Shown one piece after another: positions 1 to 9,167 of a DNA stretch of 64,000 nucleotides (within the stretch, counting starts at the first letter, position 1; each line of letters opens with the position of its first letter). The DNA is from Verrucomicrobiales bacterium (lineage in GTDB: Bacteria > Verrucomicrobiota > Verrucomicrobiia > Limisphaerales > UBA11358). The notes under the pieces were generated by a model that did no database searches, was not told where the DNA came from, and worked only from the letters and a program-made list of their open reading frames with translations. The stretch covers positions 67,368 through 131,367 of the forward strand of contig JAQTQB010000004.1 in NCBI GenBank assembly GCA_028712475.1, written 5' to 3'. A program made the position numbers and the translations under genes.

Positions 1-184
1 GAACTGGGAACTGCTTTTTGGTTTAGGTTTAGGTTTTAGGAGGAAGCTTGAAATCGGGAGGCGCTTGAAATCCGCAGGCAGGCGATGATCATCGCCGCCA
101 ATCTGGCTGCATCACGCAAGGCCAGCCTGATAAGTGGGGTTAGGTTTTTCGTTAGGTTCAGGTTCTTCATGTGTTTAACCCAAG

Positions 185-327
185 TCTGTTGGTTTTTCCA
201 AATTGCAATTGACCCACACACCTGCAATCCAAAAGCGGTGGCTATTTGAGTGGTTCGCATTGCATGGTTCAACCCAGACATTAATCGCAGCTCAAAGGTT
301 TTGCCATATGTCAAATGACGGATTTTG
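185..327. repeat. 143-bp dispersed repeat, copy 1 of 2 (partner at 8077..8219)
   Basis: An ungapped hand alignment with 8077..8219 gives 119/143 identical positions in the same orientation (tctgttggtttt.cca.attgcaattgaccca.acacctgcaatccaaaagc ... gtcaaatgacggattttg). Both copies lie directly left of a transposase relic. Confidence 0.85.
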
Positions 328-594
328 AACCAACCCAATTCTACCGCCCCCATTCTGGAATTTCCGCAAAAAGTCTGGTGGAGGGAAACCGACGACGCAA
401 AACGGCGCAGACGAAAAGTTAATGCGCAAGAGGAGGTTGCAGCACCGTTGGCTGATGTTTTTGCTGATGACAAAGAGGTGCCGACCATCTTCATGCTGCA
501 AGCCGAAGGCTATCAGGCTCCCGAGATTCAGACCAAACTTTCGATGAATTCAACAAAATACAAGCTATCTCAAAACGAATTCACCGCAAAATCT

Positions 595-1010
595 CATCGT
601 TCCAACCGGTTTCAAGCCTTAATCACCAACCTGCCGTCCAGTGTGGACGCCCTGACGGTTTGGCACCGCTATGAACGGCCGGGCCGACTTGGGAAACCGG
701 ATCAAGGAAAACTGGGCGAACCGTTTGGGATCAAACGGATATGCGTGAAAAATTCTGGGGCACGGAAGCCCTGCCACCATCTGGCGATCACCGCTTACAA
801 CCTCTGTGCCCTCTTGCGACGGCGACTGGGACAGTTGGAAAAATGCGAATTGAACACCCTGCGCTGGCGATTATTTGGACGTGCCGCAGTCTGGAGCCGG
901 GCCGACGGCAAACCCGCGCTCAAACTGGCCGCTGCGGGGGCAGACCATTACAGTTGGTGGCGGGAAATGTTGGCCAAACTCGCCGCGGCGAGCCATCAAA
1001 GTCATCGGTC
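595..1010 (+). pseudogene. C-terminal relic of an IS1380/IS4-superfamily DDE transposase, multiply frameshifted
   Basis: Family-typical C-terminal motifs are present but split over three frames: TVWHRY / NGRADLGNRIKE / KFWGTEAL / HHLAITAYNLCALLRRRL..LNTLRWRLFGRAAVWSRADGKPALKL..WWREML. There is no N-terminal catalytic part. The relic ends against the 3' end of the response-regulator gene. Confidence 0.6.
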
Positions 1011-1039
1011 CCCCTTCCCAATCGCAACCACGCTTACAA

Positions 1040-1693
1040 TTAAACTTGGGCGGCTTCTGACGAAGTTGACTTGGACTGGAAATATATCGCCGCCGCTTCG
1101 CCGCGACATCGCACATGCAGCTTATGGAGGATGTGTTCGACATGCGTGCGGACCGTTCCGGCGCTCACGCCTAGTCGGGCAGCAATTTCCTTGTTGCTGA
1201 GTCCTTCGGCCAGCAGCACCAGAATTTCCAACTCGCGGGCCGACAAGTCCTCCGTGGCATCGCTGTTCACCTGGGCCTGCTTGAAAGAGCGCACCACCAT
1301 CCGTGCAATCTCGCCTGTCATCGGCGAGCCGCCGGCGCGGACGTCCGCGATGGCCCGCAAGATTTCCTCATGCGGACTTCGTTTGAGCACATAGCCGGAG
1401 GCGCCCGCCCGGAGCGCCTGGAAGATGAGTTTGATATCCTTGTAAATGGTGAGAATGATGACCTGAAGTTTGGGAATCTGCGCGGTGAGCTTCGCCGTGC
1501 AAACGATCCCGGATTCTCCCGGGAGGTGGATATCCATGAGCACCACATCCGGCATGTTCTTGGGCACCAGTGTGAGCGCTTCCTTTGAGGTCGAACAGGC
1601 GCATACACACCGGAAACCAGGTGTTCCGTCAATCAGTTCCACCAGGGTTTCGCGCAAGGTGCGGTCGTCTTCAACAATTGCAATGGTTGTCAT
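1040..1693 (-). CDS. NarL/FixJ (LuxR-type) two-component response regulator
   Basis: 217-aa ORF. It has a receiver domain (IAIVEDD..DVVLMDIHLPGESG) and a C-terminal LuxR HTH (LSARELEILVLLAEGLSNKEIAARLGVSAGTVRTHVEHILHKLHV). It lies 74 nt downstream of the kinase gene on the same strand. Confidence 0.93.
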   Translation of the reverse strand: MTTIAIVEDDRTLRETLVELIDGTPGFRCVCACSTSKEALTLVPKNMPDVVLMDIHLPGESGIVCTAKLTAQIPKLQVIILTIYKDIKLIFQALRAGASGYVLKRSPHEEILRAIADVRAGGSPMTGEIARMVVRSFKQAQVNSDATEDLSARELEILVLLAEGLSNKEIAARLGVSAGTVRTHVEHILHKLHVRCRGEAAAIYFQSKSTSSEAAQV

Positions 1694-1767
1694 GGCTGAC
1701 TGCTATTGTGCCGGAGAAACCTTAGCGGAAGGGCGCCGCGGATTCCATCCTGCATTTGACGTTTTTT

Positions 1768-4700
1768 CTATGCAGTGTTGGCCGGCAGCGGGATAATCAG
1801 CCGCACAATGGTTCCGGTTGCTTTGCTGGAGCTAATCTGGCACTCGCCCCCCAGGTCCGCCAGTCGTTGGCGCATATTCCCGAGGCCATTTCCACCTGCG
1901 GCGGTGGATACGTCGAACCCGCGTCCATTGTCAGCAATTTCAATCTTCAAACAGTCGGCCTCAAGGTTGACTCCGAATTCAATCTCATTGGCATGGGAAT
2001 GGCGCACCGCGTTATTCAGCGCTTCTTTGACGGCGAGCAAGAGTCCATGACGGAGACGTCCTTCGACCCGCCTGGCCGGGAACTCCATCGGGATTTTGAA
2101 GCGGCAGACCAACCCGGAGTCCGTGATGAACTCTTGAGCGTAGGCGCTGAGGTAGTCGGCGAAGACCTGCAAACCATCCGCTTCGGGATTTACGGCCCAA
2201 ACAATCGTGTCCAGGGCCGTGACCAGTGTGCGGGCCTTCCCGGCAATGGCCTTCAGCCGCCATGCCGTCCTCGCATCGAGGTTGGAGTGATTCGCAACGC
2301 CGACACTGGCCAGCAAACTGATGCCCGTCAGACTCGATCCGAGGTCGTCGTGTAAATCGCGGCTGATGCGCGCCCGCTCGGCCTCGGAAGCGTGCCGGCG
2401 CTCTGCCAATTCCCGCTGCCGTATGGCGTGCTCAAGCTGTTTCGTCCGCTCCTCGATTCGGCGACCTAGAAGAAAGATCCAGCCGAATGCCAGCAGCAGC
2501 ACTCCGCATAGAACTCCGGCCAGCGTCAAGCCCCGCCTCACCGTCCACCATGACGGACTCGCCAAGATAACCAAATCGCCCGGGGAATTGAGGAGCAGTT
2601 CGAATGACTCGGATCCCGCGCCACTCATGGCACGCCGGGCATGGCTGACGAAAACCCCGGTCAATCGCACACGGCTGCCAACCTCGACTGAAGGCAGTCG
2701 CCCCAATTGCCGTCCCAGACGCGCAGCAATGATGCGCTGGCCCGTCTGGAATTCAAGCACCTGATCAGACTGGATTACGGTCTCGTTGACAACGATACCC
2801 TCGACCTGCACGCGGGTGGCATCGTGCAGCCCAGCCAGCAATTCAGGGATACCGATTTGCGCCGCCGGTGGCAGTTCTCCGGGGGCAATCTGTTGCACCA
2901 TCGCCTCCTGTATTAGTGGAGAATAGCCGCCCAGTTCAGGAAAACCAACGACCTCGACAGTGTCGCCCACTTTGAATTTGGCGCCCTGCTGGGGGATGAA
3001 TCGCAGGCCGTTCGTGCCGTCCATCAGAAAGCTCTCCTCATTTCCCGCATGAACCACCTGTCCGCGCACCCTCACCCGAAAAAAGGAGTTCGCCCCTCGC
3101 GGGTCATACCGGAACAACTCCAGTATGCTCTTGAGCGGGGCGGAAACTGGCGCGCTGGCGGACTCTTCCACGGTGACGAACGCCGGCGAACTGACCCACA
3201 AAGCTCCCCGCTGAATTTTTCCCTGGGCATCGCAGACCGGCCCCACCACGCCGCGCACCCGGACAATTGAATTCTGCAATCGCTCCAGCTCATCGGGTTT
3301 GCTCTGGAACATCATGACCGCAATCTCGCCATCCTTTATTTTGAGCGTGAGGTTCGTGCCGCCCTCGATCTGTTGTGCCACACCGTGAACCTCGACCCAC
3401 TGCTGGTCCAGGCTGCCGTTCATCAGCTGCTCCCAGCCTGGCTTCAGCGGCTCCGGCAGCCCGGCCTGGCCGAGCGGAAACGCCCAGGCCCCGGAGAGGG
3501 TTGGACCGAAGTTGCCGCGGTCAACAAATCCAATCACTTCGACATAATCTCCCGGTTGCAGCGCCTCGCCTTGCAACTGCGCGAAATCGCAGGAGATCCC
3601 ACTGGTGCCATCCTGGATGGTGGCCAGGACTTTGGTGCGATTGCAGGTCACTACTCCTCGAACTCTCACCCAGGGGCGGCGTCCCAATTCTTCCGGGCTT
3701 AACAGCCGGATTTGCTCGATTGAGGTCAGTGGCGGGTTATTGCTCCATGCCTGGGGCCAGTTCTCCCCCGTCAACCTCCAAAAGGCATTGGTTAACTCCA
3801 CGCCGCCGCCCGGTAATACACACACCTCGCCGAGCACTTCAACATTCTCGCCCTTCACCGCCAGATTGGTTCCGACCGTCCGAACCCTGATCACATTCGT
3901 CGGATCGCCCAGCTTGATTCCGTCTATTGAACCGGCCTCCTGAACCTGTCCACGTATCCGCACCCGCGATCCCGGTTTTGGCCCGTCGGACGCAAGCAGG
4001 TTGGTTAGCGACAGGGCCGGGAAACTGGCCCACGCGCTCAACGGCAACTGTTCAATCCGAACCAGTCCCGGATGCGGCACCATCATCGCGCCCGCGACCC
4101 GCTGTCCCGCTGGATTCAGGCGGGCACTGCAGACACCGGTCACGCGCACCCGGCTCTTGAGCAGCAGGGCCGTATCCCAACCCTGCGCCCGCTCCACTTC
4201 GAGTTCCAGCCGTGAGCCATCAGCCACGAGTTCCAGCCATGCCTGGCCGGCATGGAAGCCAACGCTGCTGACCGTTCCGGCGGCTTCAGCCCACCGACAA
4301 TCCTCCTGCTCCGTAATCACCTGCCCCGGGCGAATCTCGATCGGCACCGGCAACGCGGATGGCCCCGCCTCCACCACCCGCACCGGTTGCTCATTTACAT
4401 ACAGGCGATAGTGCTCCCGCGCCTGAACCCAAAATTGAAAAGTGCCCGCCAGCGCCGCTTCAAATGACCCACGGAACTCCAGCGCCAAATCGTAGCTGGA
4501 ATCCACTGTCCCGGCATCAAAGTTTGTGGCTGTGCCGGTGGCAATCGGCAGCCATCGCTCGAAGTTCGGAAGAGTTTTCCATGTTCCCCGGAAAGAACGA
4601 AACTCGGCGCCGGCTGCCCAATTGCCTTCCGCAGTGCGGTAGGAGAGGTTCGCCGGCTCCAACCTGCATCTTGCCTCGTCCGGACCCGCAAAAAAAACCG

Positions 4701-5190
4701 ACGGAGCCGGTTGACCGTGAGCGCGCACAAACTCGAACCGAAAAGAGTTTCGCCCTGGCTCAAGCCGGAGGGAACCCGACGCTTCACGCATTGTGCCTTG
4801 CCCGGCAGGGTTGTCCTCAACCAACGGTTGGCTCACGAAATCAACGTGTCCGCGACCCGCCGCCAGCCGCCCCTCCAGCCTCACACGCTGGCCGAACCCA
4901 ATATCTGCGTTGGGCAGCGGCAATTCAAAACGCGCCGCGCCGGTTTCATCCTGCAGCACAAACGCCGTGCCCGCCGAATTCACCCAGGTTACCACGCCGC
5001 TTAGCTGCGCCAGCCCGCTGATGGAATTGCTTCCACGACCCAGGCGCAGCGCCTCGCCCGCATTCGTGAAAACCAACGGGACATTCTGTGCCACGTCCGC
5101 TGGTTCAACTGTGGCCGCTGCCACGCTCAAGGCGCAATACCAGAGCAAACCCAAAAGCGGCTTTCTGCATATTACCAAGGACAAGTTCAT
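1768..5190 (-). CDS. Sensor histidine kinase (HisKA_3 type) with a very large predicted periplasmic domain
   Basis: H-box RISRDLHDDLGSSLTGI. HATPase_c motifs EALNNAVRHSHA, DNGRGF and GNGLGNMRQRL. One TM helix (LTLAGVLCGVLLLAFGWIFLL) precedes the kinase core. The start is set at ATG 5190 (signal-like MNLSLVICRKPLLGLLWYCALSVAAA), but the ORF is open to 5253. Confidence 0.9.
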   Translation of the reverse strand: MNLSLVICRKPLLGLLWYCALSVAAATVEPADVAQNVPLVFTNAGEALRLGRGSNSISGLAQLSGVVTWVNSAGTAFVLQDETGAARFELPLPNADIGFGQRVRLEGRLAAGRGHVDFVSQPLVEDNPAGQGTMREASGSLRLEPGRNSFRFEFVRAHGQPAPSVFFAGPDEARCRLEPANLSYRTAEGNWAAGAEFRSFRGTWKTLPNFERWLPIATGTATNFDAGTVDSSYDLALEFRGSFEAALAGTFQFWVQAREHYRLYVNEQPVRVVEAGPSALPVPIEIRPGQVITEQEDCRWAEAAGTVSSVGFHAGQAWLELVADGSRLELEVERAQGWDTALLLKSRVRVTGVCSARLNPAGQRVAGAMMVPHPGLVRIEQLPLSAWASFPALSLTNLLASDGPKPGSRVRIRGQVQEAGSIDGIKLGDPTNVIRVRTVGTNLAVKGENVEVLGEVCVLPGGGVELTNAFWRLTGENWPQAWSNNPPLTSIEQIRLLSPEELGRRPWVRVRGVVTCNRTKVLATIQDGTSGISCDFAQLQGEALQPGDYVEVIGFVDRGNFGPTLSGAWAFPLGQAGLPEPLKPGWEQLMNGSLDQQWVEVHGVAQQIEGGTNLTLKIKDGEIAVMMFQSKPDELERLQNSIVRVRGVVGPVCDAQGKIQRGALWVSSPAFVTVEESASAPVSAPLKSILELFRYDPRGANSFFRVRVRGQVVHAGNEESFLMDGTNGLRFIPQQGAKFKVGDTVEVVGFPELGGYSPLIQEAMVQQIAPGELPPAAQIGIPELLAGLHDATRVQVEGIVVNETVIQSDQVLEFQTGQRIIAARLGRQLGRLPSVEVGSRVRLTGVFVSHARRAMSGAGSESFELLLNSPGDLVILASPSWWTVRRGLTLAGVLCGVLLLAFGWIFLLGRRIEERTKQLEHAIRQRELAERRHASEAERARISRDLHDDLGSSLTGISLLASVGVANHSNLDARTAWRLKAIAGKARTLVTALDTIVWAVNPEADGLQVFADYLSAYAQEFITDSGLVCRFKIPMEFPARRVEGRLRHGLLLAVKEALNNAVRHSHANEIEFGVNLEADCLKIEIADNGRGFDVSTAAGGNGLGNMRQRLADLGGECQISSSKATGTIVRLIIPLPANTA

Positions 5191-5382
5191 CTGGTGGGGG
5201 CGGTCAAGCCGCACGGTGTGGGTTTTTAGCCGTCCGTAAGAACCATGAGGCACGCGTTGTCATGCTTTATGTATGGACTGGAATTTTACCGTGTCAATTT
5301 TCAAATGCAGGACTAGTCACGAGCAGACTCGCAACGATGGCTAGATGGCTCAGTTTCAGAATCTGCATTTTTTACTGACGTC

Positions 5383-5490
5383 TCACGGTTTGATGGTTGA
5401 GGGTTGAAACAAGTTGGTTTGCGGGTTCTGAACCTGCCACGAGGCGGGCAAGAAAAATCAAACGCAACGCAAACCAACGCGGGAAAGCAT
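5383..5490. repeat. Solo relic of the 5' end of the IS4-family element (matches 8240..8347)
   Basis: tctcacggtttgatggttgagggttgaaacaagttggtttgcgggttctgaacctgccacgaggcgggca..aaccaacgcg aligns by eye (about three quarters identical) with the leader and first codons of the IS4 transposase relic at 8240..8347. The start codon is lost and there is no ORF. Confidence 0.6.
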
Positions 5491-5508
5491 GTGCCTGACC
5501 CGCCACAA

Positions 5509-6615
5509 CTAGTGCGGAAACTCCTTGGAGGTGGCCAGGGCGATGACATGACCTTGATCACCGCCGGCGCAGTAGAAATGATAGACCACGCCATCGTGCT
5601 TGATGACCCAGGGCTTGTGGGCTAGCCCCTTGTCCCAAGGCTCCGACGGCTCCACCAGATGCGGCCCGGTCCACTTGGTCCAGTGAACCAGATCGGTGGA
5701 ACAGGCAAACGTGTCAAACGTGCCAGGCTGCCAAAAAGCCCCGAAGTAAAACATCACCCATAGATCGCCCATCTTCACGATCTGCGGATCGCCGCTGATG
5801 CCATGTTTTTTTTCATCGCCGTTGGCGACCACTGGATCTTTGCCAAAACGCTGCCAATGAATCATGTCATCGGACACCGCCATGCCGATCCGCTCGCCGG
5901 TCTTGCACTTGCCGTTGTAGAACATGACAAAGGAATGGCCCAGCGTCCGGGCCTTGTCCCAGATGATCTGGCTTTTGTAGAGCGTCAGCGATTCAAATTC
6001 ACGCACATCCGGCTGCGTCCGGCTCAACACCGGGTTTTCCGCGAGGGACGTCCATTCCCGCGCTTCGGTGGGCGTCTTCGTCCACGCCAGGCCGATCGCC
6101 AGCGGATCGGTCTCGTAGCCTTGCAGCGCCCCGCCGATGTAGGACATCCAATATTTGCCATCGTAGGTTTGCAGTTCGCTGGTGCCGCCCCACGTCGGGT
6201 CGCACAGCGCGATGCCACCGCTCAACTGCCAGCGATCCCATCCGTTGGTCCGGAAACTTAGGATTTTCCCGATCTTCTCCCAATGCAACAGGTCGGCACT
6301 GCGGGCGAGGAACGTCTCGTAGCCAACATTCTTGGTGCTGCCAATGTAAACCATATACCACTGATCCCGCTGCCGGAAGATGCTGGGGCAATCCACCAAC
6401 TGGTTCGTCTCGCCGCGGATGACAATGCCATATTTGAAGGGCGTTTTGACCTCCTCATAGACTTGTTGCATCCGTTCGATCGGGACAGATTCGCCCGCCG
6501 CCGCATCGTTGGTTTGGCTCGTCTCCGCGAAACCGGGGAGGGACAGGTAGGACAGGGATAGCGATGCGAGCACCCAACCCACCCGTCGTGACAGCCGTTG
6601 TTCCAGGCTTCTCAT
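5509..6615 (-). CDS. Secreted beta-propeller glycoside-hydrolase-like protein (GH43/GH32/GH130-type fold, family not resolved)
   Basis: 368 aa with an N-terminal signal peptide (VGWVLASLSLSYLSLPGFAETS). Blade-like segments repeat (DQWYMVYIG.., GKYWMSYIGG.., SFVMFYNG.., DLWVMFYFG.., DGVVYHFYCAG) with W/H-W-x-K motifs (LLHWEKIG, MIHWQRFG, LVHWTKW). The family assignment is only by resemblance. Confidence 0.55.
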   Translation of the reverse strand: MRSLEQRLSRRVGWVLASLSLSYLSLPGFAETSQTNDAAAGESVPIERMQQVYEEVKTPFKYGIVIRGETNQLVDCPSIFRQRDQWYMVYIGSTKNVGYETFLARSADLLHWEKIGKILSFRTNGWDRWQLSGGIALCDPTWGGTSELQTYDGKYWMSYIGGALQGYETDPLAIGLAWTKTPTEAREWTSLAENPVLSRTQPDVREFESLTLYKSQIIWDKARTLGHSFVMFYNGKCKTGERIGMAVSDDMIHWQRFGKDPVVANGDEKKHGISGDPQIVKMGDLWVMFYFGAFWQPGTFDTFACSTDLVHWTKWTGPHLVEPSEPWDKGLAHKPWVIKHDGVVYHFYCAGGDQGHVIALATSKEFPH

Positions 6616-6660
6616 ATCGTTCCTTTTCTGTGGCGGGCCTGCGTGCGGGTTCGGTGGAAT

Positions 6661-7506
6661 TTATTGGTCAAGGGCCGCCGCAGCTGCCGGATTGGCGGCC
6701 CAACTCGCCACGGCATCGCCCTCGGCTCCGGTGTGCGCGAGATTGTCATTGTTCCAGCGACGGCGCCACGTATTGTTTGCCGGATCCACAACCTCGGGTC
6801 TCTTGGCGGTTTCGACATGGACATCCGCCATAAGCAAGTTAATGCGATAATTATGCCGGTTGGCCGGCCATTGGGAATGGCCATAATCTTGAGCGGTGGG
6901 ATCCAAGTTGGCCGCAAACGAGATCAGGTCTGGATTTTCCGCGCCTTTGACATCTGCCATGACAATCATCTCTGAAGGCTGCTTGATATTGGATTCGCGC
7001 ACAGCACCTTTGTAGTAGCCACCATCCACATCGCCCCCCAAACCCAACTGGGGAACATGATTAAGATCCAATCCCCAATCGTTGTAGCCATAAGAAAAAC
7101 GGGAAGCGGGTGTGACCGTGAACTGGCTGTAAATTCCATTTTCTCCAAGCCCTCCGAGCGTCTTGTTGATCGTTGGATCCCAGGCATAATCCGCAGGCGC
7201 ACCGGCGCAGCTAAACGCCCCACGATTATTCCCCATCAAACTCTGGATCCGGGTGGGCCAGACGTAGCAACCTCGAGCCACCGACAAACAACCGGGATAT
7301 TGGTTGTAATCCCCGACATACATTGTGAGAGCGAGGCCAATCTGCCGGAGACCATTCATGCAGGAGGCTTGCTTGGCCTTCGCCTTGGCTTTGGACAGTG
7401 CCGGCAGCAACATGGCCGCCAAGATGGCGATGATAGCGATGACTACCAGCAGTTCAATCAACGTAAAGGCAGTCCGGTGGGCGGGCGGTGGCGGGCTGGT
7501 TTTCAT
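6661..7506 (-). CDS. Prepilin-type N-terminal cleavage/methylation domain protein (DUF1559-like pseudopilin)
   Basis: The N-terminus [32 protein letters not shown] is the class III signal/methylation motif. 281 aa. The C-terminal region ..[15 protein letters not shown] resembles the conserved tail of this PVC-abundant family. Confidence 0.88.
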   Translation of the reverse strand: MKTSPPPPAHRTAFTLIELLVVIAIIAILAAMLLPALSKAKAKAKQASCMNGLRQIGLALTMYVGDYNQYPGCLSVARGCYVWPTRIQSLMGNNRGAFSCAGAPADYAWDPTINKTLGGLGENGIYSQFTVTPASRFSYGYNDWGLDLNHVPQLGLGGDVDGGYYKGAVRESNIKQPSEMIVMADVKGAENPDLISFAANLDPTAQDYGHSQWPANRHNYRINLLMADVHVETAKRPEVVDPANNTWRRRWNNDNLAHTGAEGDAVASWAANPAAAAALDQ

Positions 7507-7537
7507 TAAATCAAGTTTGGAATGATTGGGGGGATGC

Positions 7538-7933
7538 TCATCGTGCGGGCGCGGTTACGTTTCTGCCCCGGGAGTTTTGGGTCTCCCGGATCACCTTGAC
7601 GGCGGCGGGGTCGTTTTTTTCGGCTGCCGCCCAGAGTCGTTGTCCAAATGCGGCGCGTTCCTTTTCCACCGCCTGCTTTTGGTCGTCGTTCAATTGCATC
7701 TGCCGCAGGCTTTCCAGAAGCTTATGCGTGGTGGCATAGTCATTGGCTTTGTCCGCCGCGAGGGCCTGTTCCCAGGCCAGCTTCACTTCCGCCGGGGCGC
7801 TGTCGAAGGCTTTGCTTTCGCTTGCCGTCAATTTGAGTTGGTTTTGCCCACAGCCAGCCCCGACCAAAAGCGCGAAGATAAAAATTGCGCCACGCGCGAC
7901 CCAGGCAGATTTGAACAACGGTTTTGGTTTCAT
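7538..7933 (-). CDS. Small lipoprotein of unknown function
   Basis: Start at ATG 7933: [31 protein letters not shown] has a lipobox (LVGAGC). About 131 aa. It lies 31 nt upstream of the pseudopilin-like gene on the same strand. The longer ORF to 8137 runs into the 143-bp repeat and is not credible. Confidence 0.6.
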   Translation of the reverse strand: MKPKPLFKSAWVARGAIFIFALLVGAGCGQNQLKLTASESKAFDSAPAEVKLAWEQALAADKANDYATTHKLLESLRQMQLNDDQKQAVEKERAAFGQRLWAAAEKNDPAAVKVIRETQNSRGRNVTAPAR

Positions 7934-8076
7934 GACAAAAAATATTAACCCTTCACGCCATCCGCAGTCGCACCCATTTACCAGAACCGAAAATGCCGCC
8001 TTGCGATTGATTCCTGCGCGCCACAGGCGGCGACCATGGACGACACGACGCGCCCAACAGCCTGCGCCCAGCAAGA

Positions 8077-8219
8077 TCTGTTGGTTTTGCCAGATTGCAA
8101 TTGACCCAAACACCTGCAATCCAAAAGCAGCGGCCATTTGGGCGGTTTACATCGCATGATTTCAATATGATTTTAATCGCAGTTCAAAGGTTTCACCATC
8201 TGTCAAATGACGGATTTTG
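8077..8219. repeat. 143-bp dispersed repeat, copy 2 of 2 (partner at 185..327)
   Basis: See 185..327: 119/143 identical. It lies directly left of the IS4-family relic. Confidence 0.85.
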
Positions 8220-8310
8220 TAGATATAATTACACAGGAGTCCCACGGGTTTAATGGTTGAGGGGTAAAAAGAGTTGGCTTGCCGCGTGTGAACCTGCCAC
8301 AAGGCAGGGG

Positions 8311-8995
8311 ATGAATAAAACCACAACGCACAAGCCAACGCGCAGCAGCTTCGCGCTCCTGCACCAGCTCTGCGATCTTATTCCGGCGCATCTGGTGCCC
8401 CGGCTGGCGCGGGACACCGGCGTTGCCAAACGCGCCCGCACCTTCACGCCGTGGAGTCATGTCGTGAGTCTGCTCTACGCCCAACTGACCCACGCCATCG
8501 GACTCAACGATGTTTGCGACGCCCTGCGTTTGCATTCGGGACCGCTCTCGGCCGTGCGTGGCGCGACCCCGCCCAGCAAGAACGCCCTCTCCACCGCCAA
8601 CCGGGAACGTTCCGCCCAAATGGCCCAAGACCTCTTCTACGCCGTCCTCGGCCATCTGGAAAAACTCCACCCCGGTTTTGGCCGGGATCGCCGTCCACGC
8701 TTTGCCTTCCGTTTCAAACGCGTGATCCATCTGGTGGACGCCACCACCATTCAACTGGTCGCCCGCTGTCTGGACGGGGCCAAACATCGCCGCCGCCAAG
8801 TGCCACCTCCGGCTCGACCTGCAAACCTTCCTGCCGCGCTTCGCCATCGTGGACACCGCCGGCGAACACGAAAGCCTGCGCGCCCGCGAAGTGTGCGCCG
8901 GCGTGCGGGCCGGGGAGATTGTCATCTTTGACAAGGCTTACATGGACTTCACCCATCTGGCCGACCTGTCCGCCCGCGCCGTGTTCTTGTTGACC
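8311..8995 (+). pseudogene. IS4-family transposase (DUF4372 N-terminus + DDE), frameshifted and 3'-truncated
   Basis: MNKTTTHKPTRSSFALLHQLCDLIPAHLVPRLARDTGVAKRARTFTPWSHVVSLLYAQLTHAIGLNDVCDAL.. and ..FRFKRVIHLVDATTIQL match the DUF4372/IS4 layout. The frame shifts near 8790 (the continuation LDLQTFLPRFAIVDTAGEHES..GEIVIFDKAYMDFTHLADLSARAVF is in another frame). Homology stops near 8990. Confidence 0.75.
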
Positions 8996-9105
8996 CCGCA
9001 CATTTTGGCGGCTGTCAACGCCGGCAAGTCATGGGCAAAACAACGCAACACGGCTCGAAAATCCCGCTCCAAAACGCGCGCCCGGCGCAAATACTTGTTT
9101 CGCAT
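8977..9105 (-). pseudogene. N-terminal fragment of an IS1595-family transposase
   Basis: MRNKYLRRARVLERDFRAVLRCFAHDLPALTAAKMCGVNKNTA matches the characteristic IS1595 N-terminal HTH segment. Only about 43 codons remain, and they abut the truncated IS4 relic. Confidence 0.55.
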
Positions 9106-9167
9106 TGTCAGTCCCAGTGTTTCAGCAGGTTCACACCCGCTCAACTAGGAAAGACCCAAAATAATTT

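Noticed and set aside
36-494. 152-aa minus-strand ORF, and the short MKNLNLTKNL.. ORF within it
   Set aside because: It runs through the 143-bp repeat and short tandem repeats (gtttag units at 21..39). It has no motifs and is probably not a gene.
325-594. Possible sigma-70 region-4/ECF-like fragment (TIFMLQAEGYQAPEIQTKLSMNSTKYKLSQNEF) at the start of the 291-aa ORF
   Set aside because: The resemblance is limited to one HTH-like stretch. There is no region 2, and the ORF fuses artificially into the transposase relic. This is too weak to call.
5254-5508. Possible tRNA or small RNA in the gap downstream of the GH-like gene and upstream of the sensor-kinase gene
   Set aside because: I found no cloverleaf-compatible arms. 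The conserved part is explained by the IS4 5'-end relic.
8203-8934. 243-aa minus-strand ORF
   Set aside because: It is antisense to the IS4 transposase relic, whose plus-strand translation carries the family motifs.
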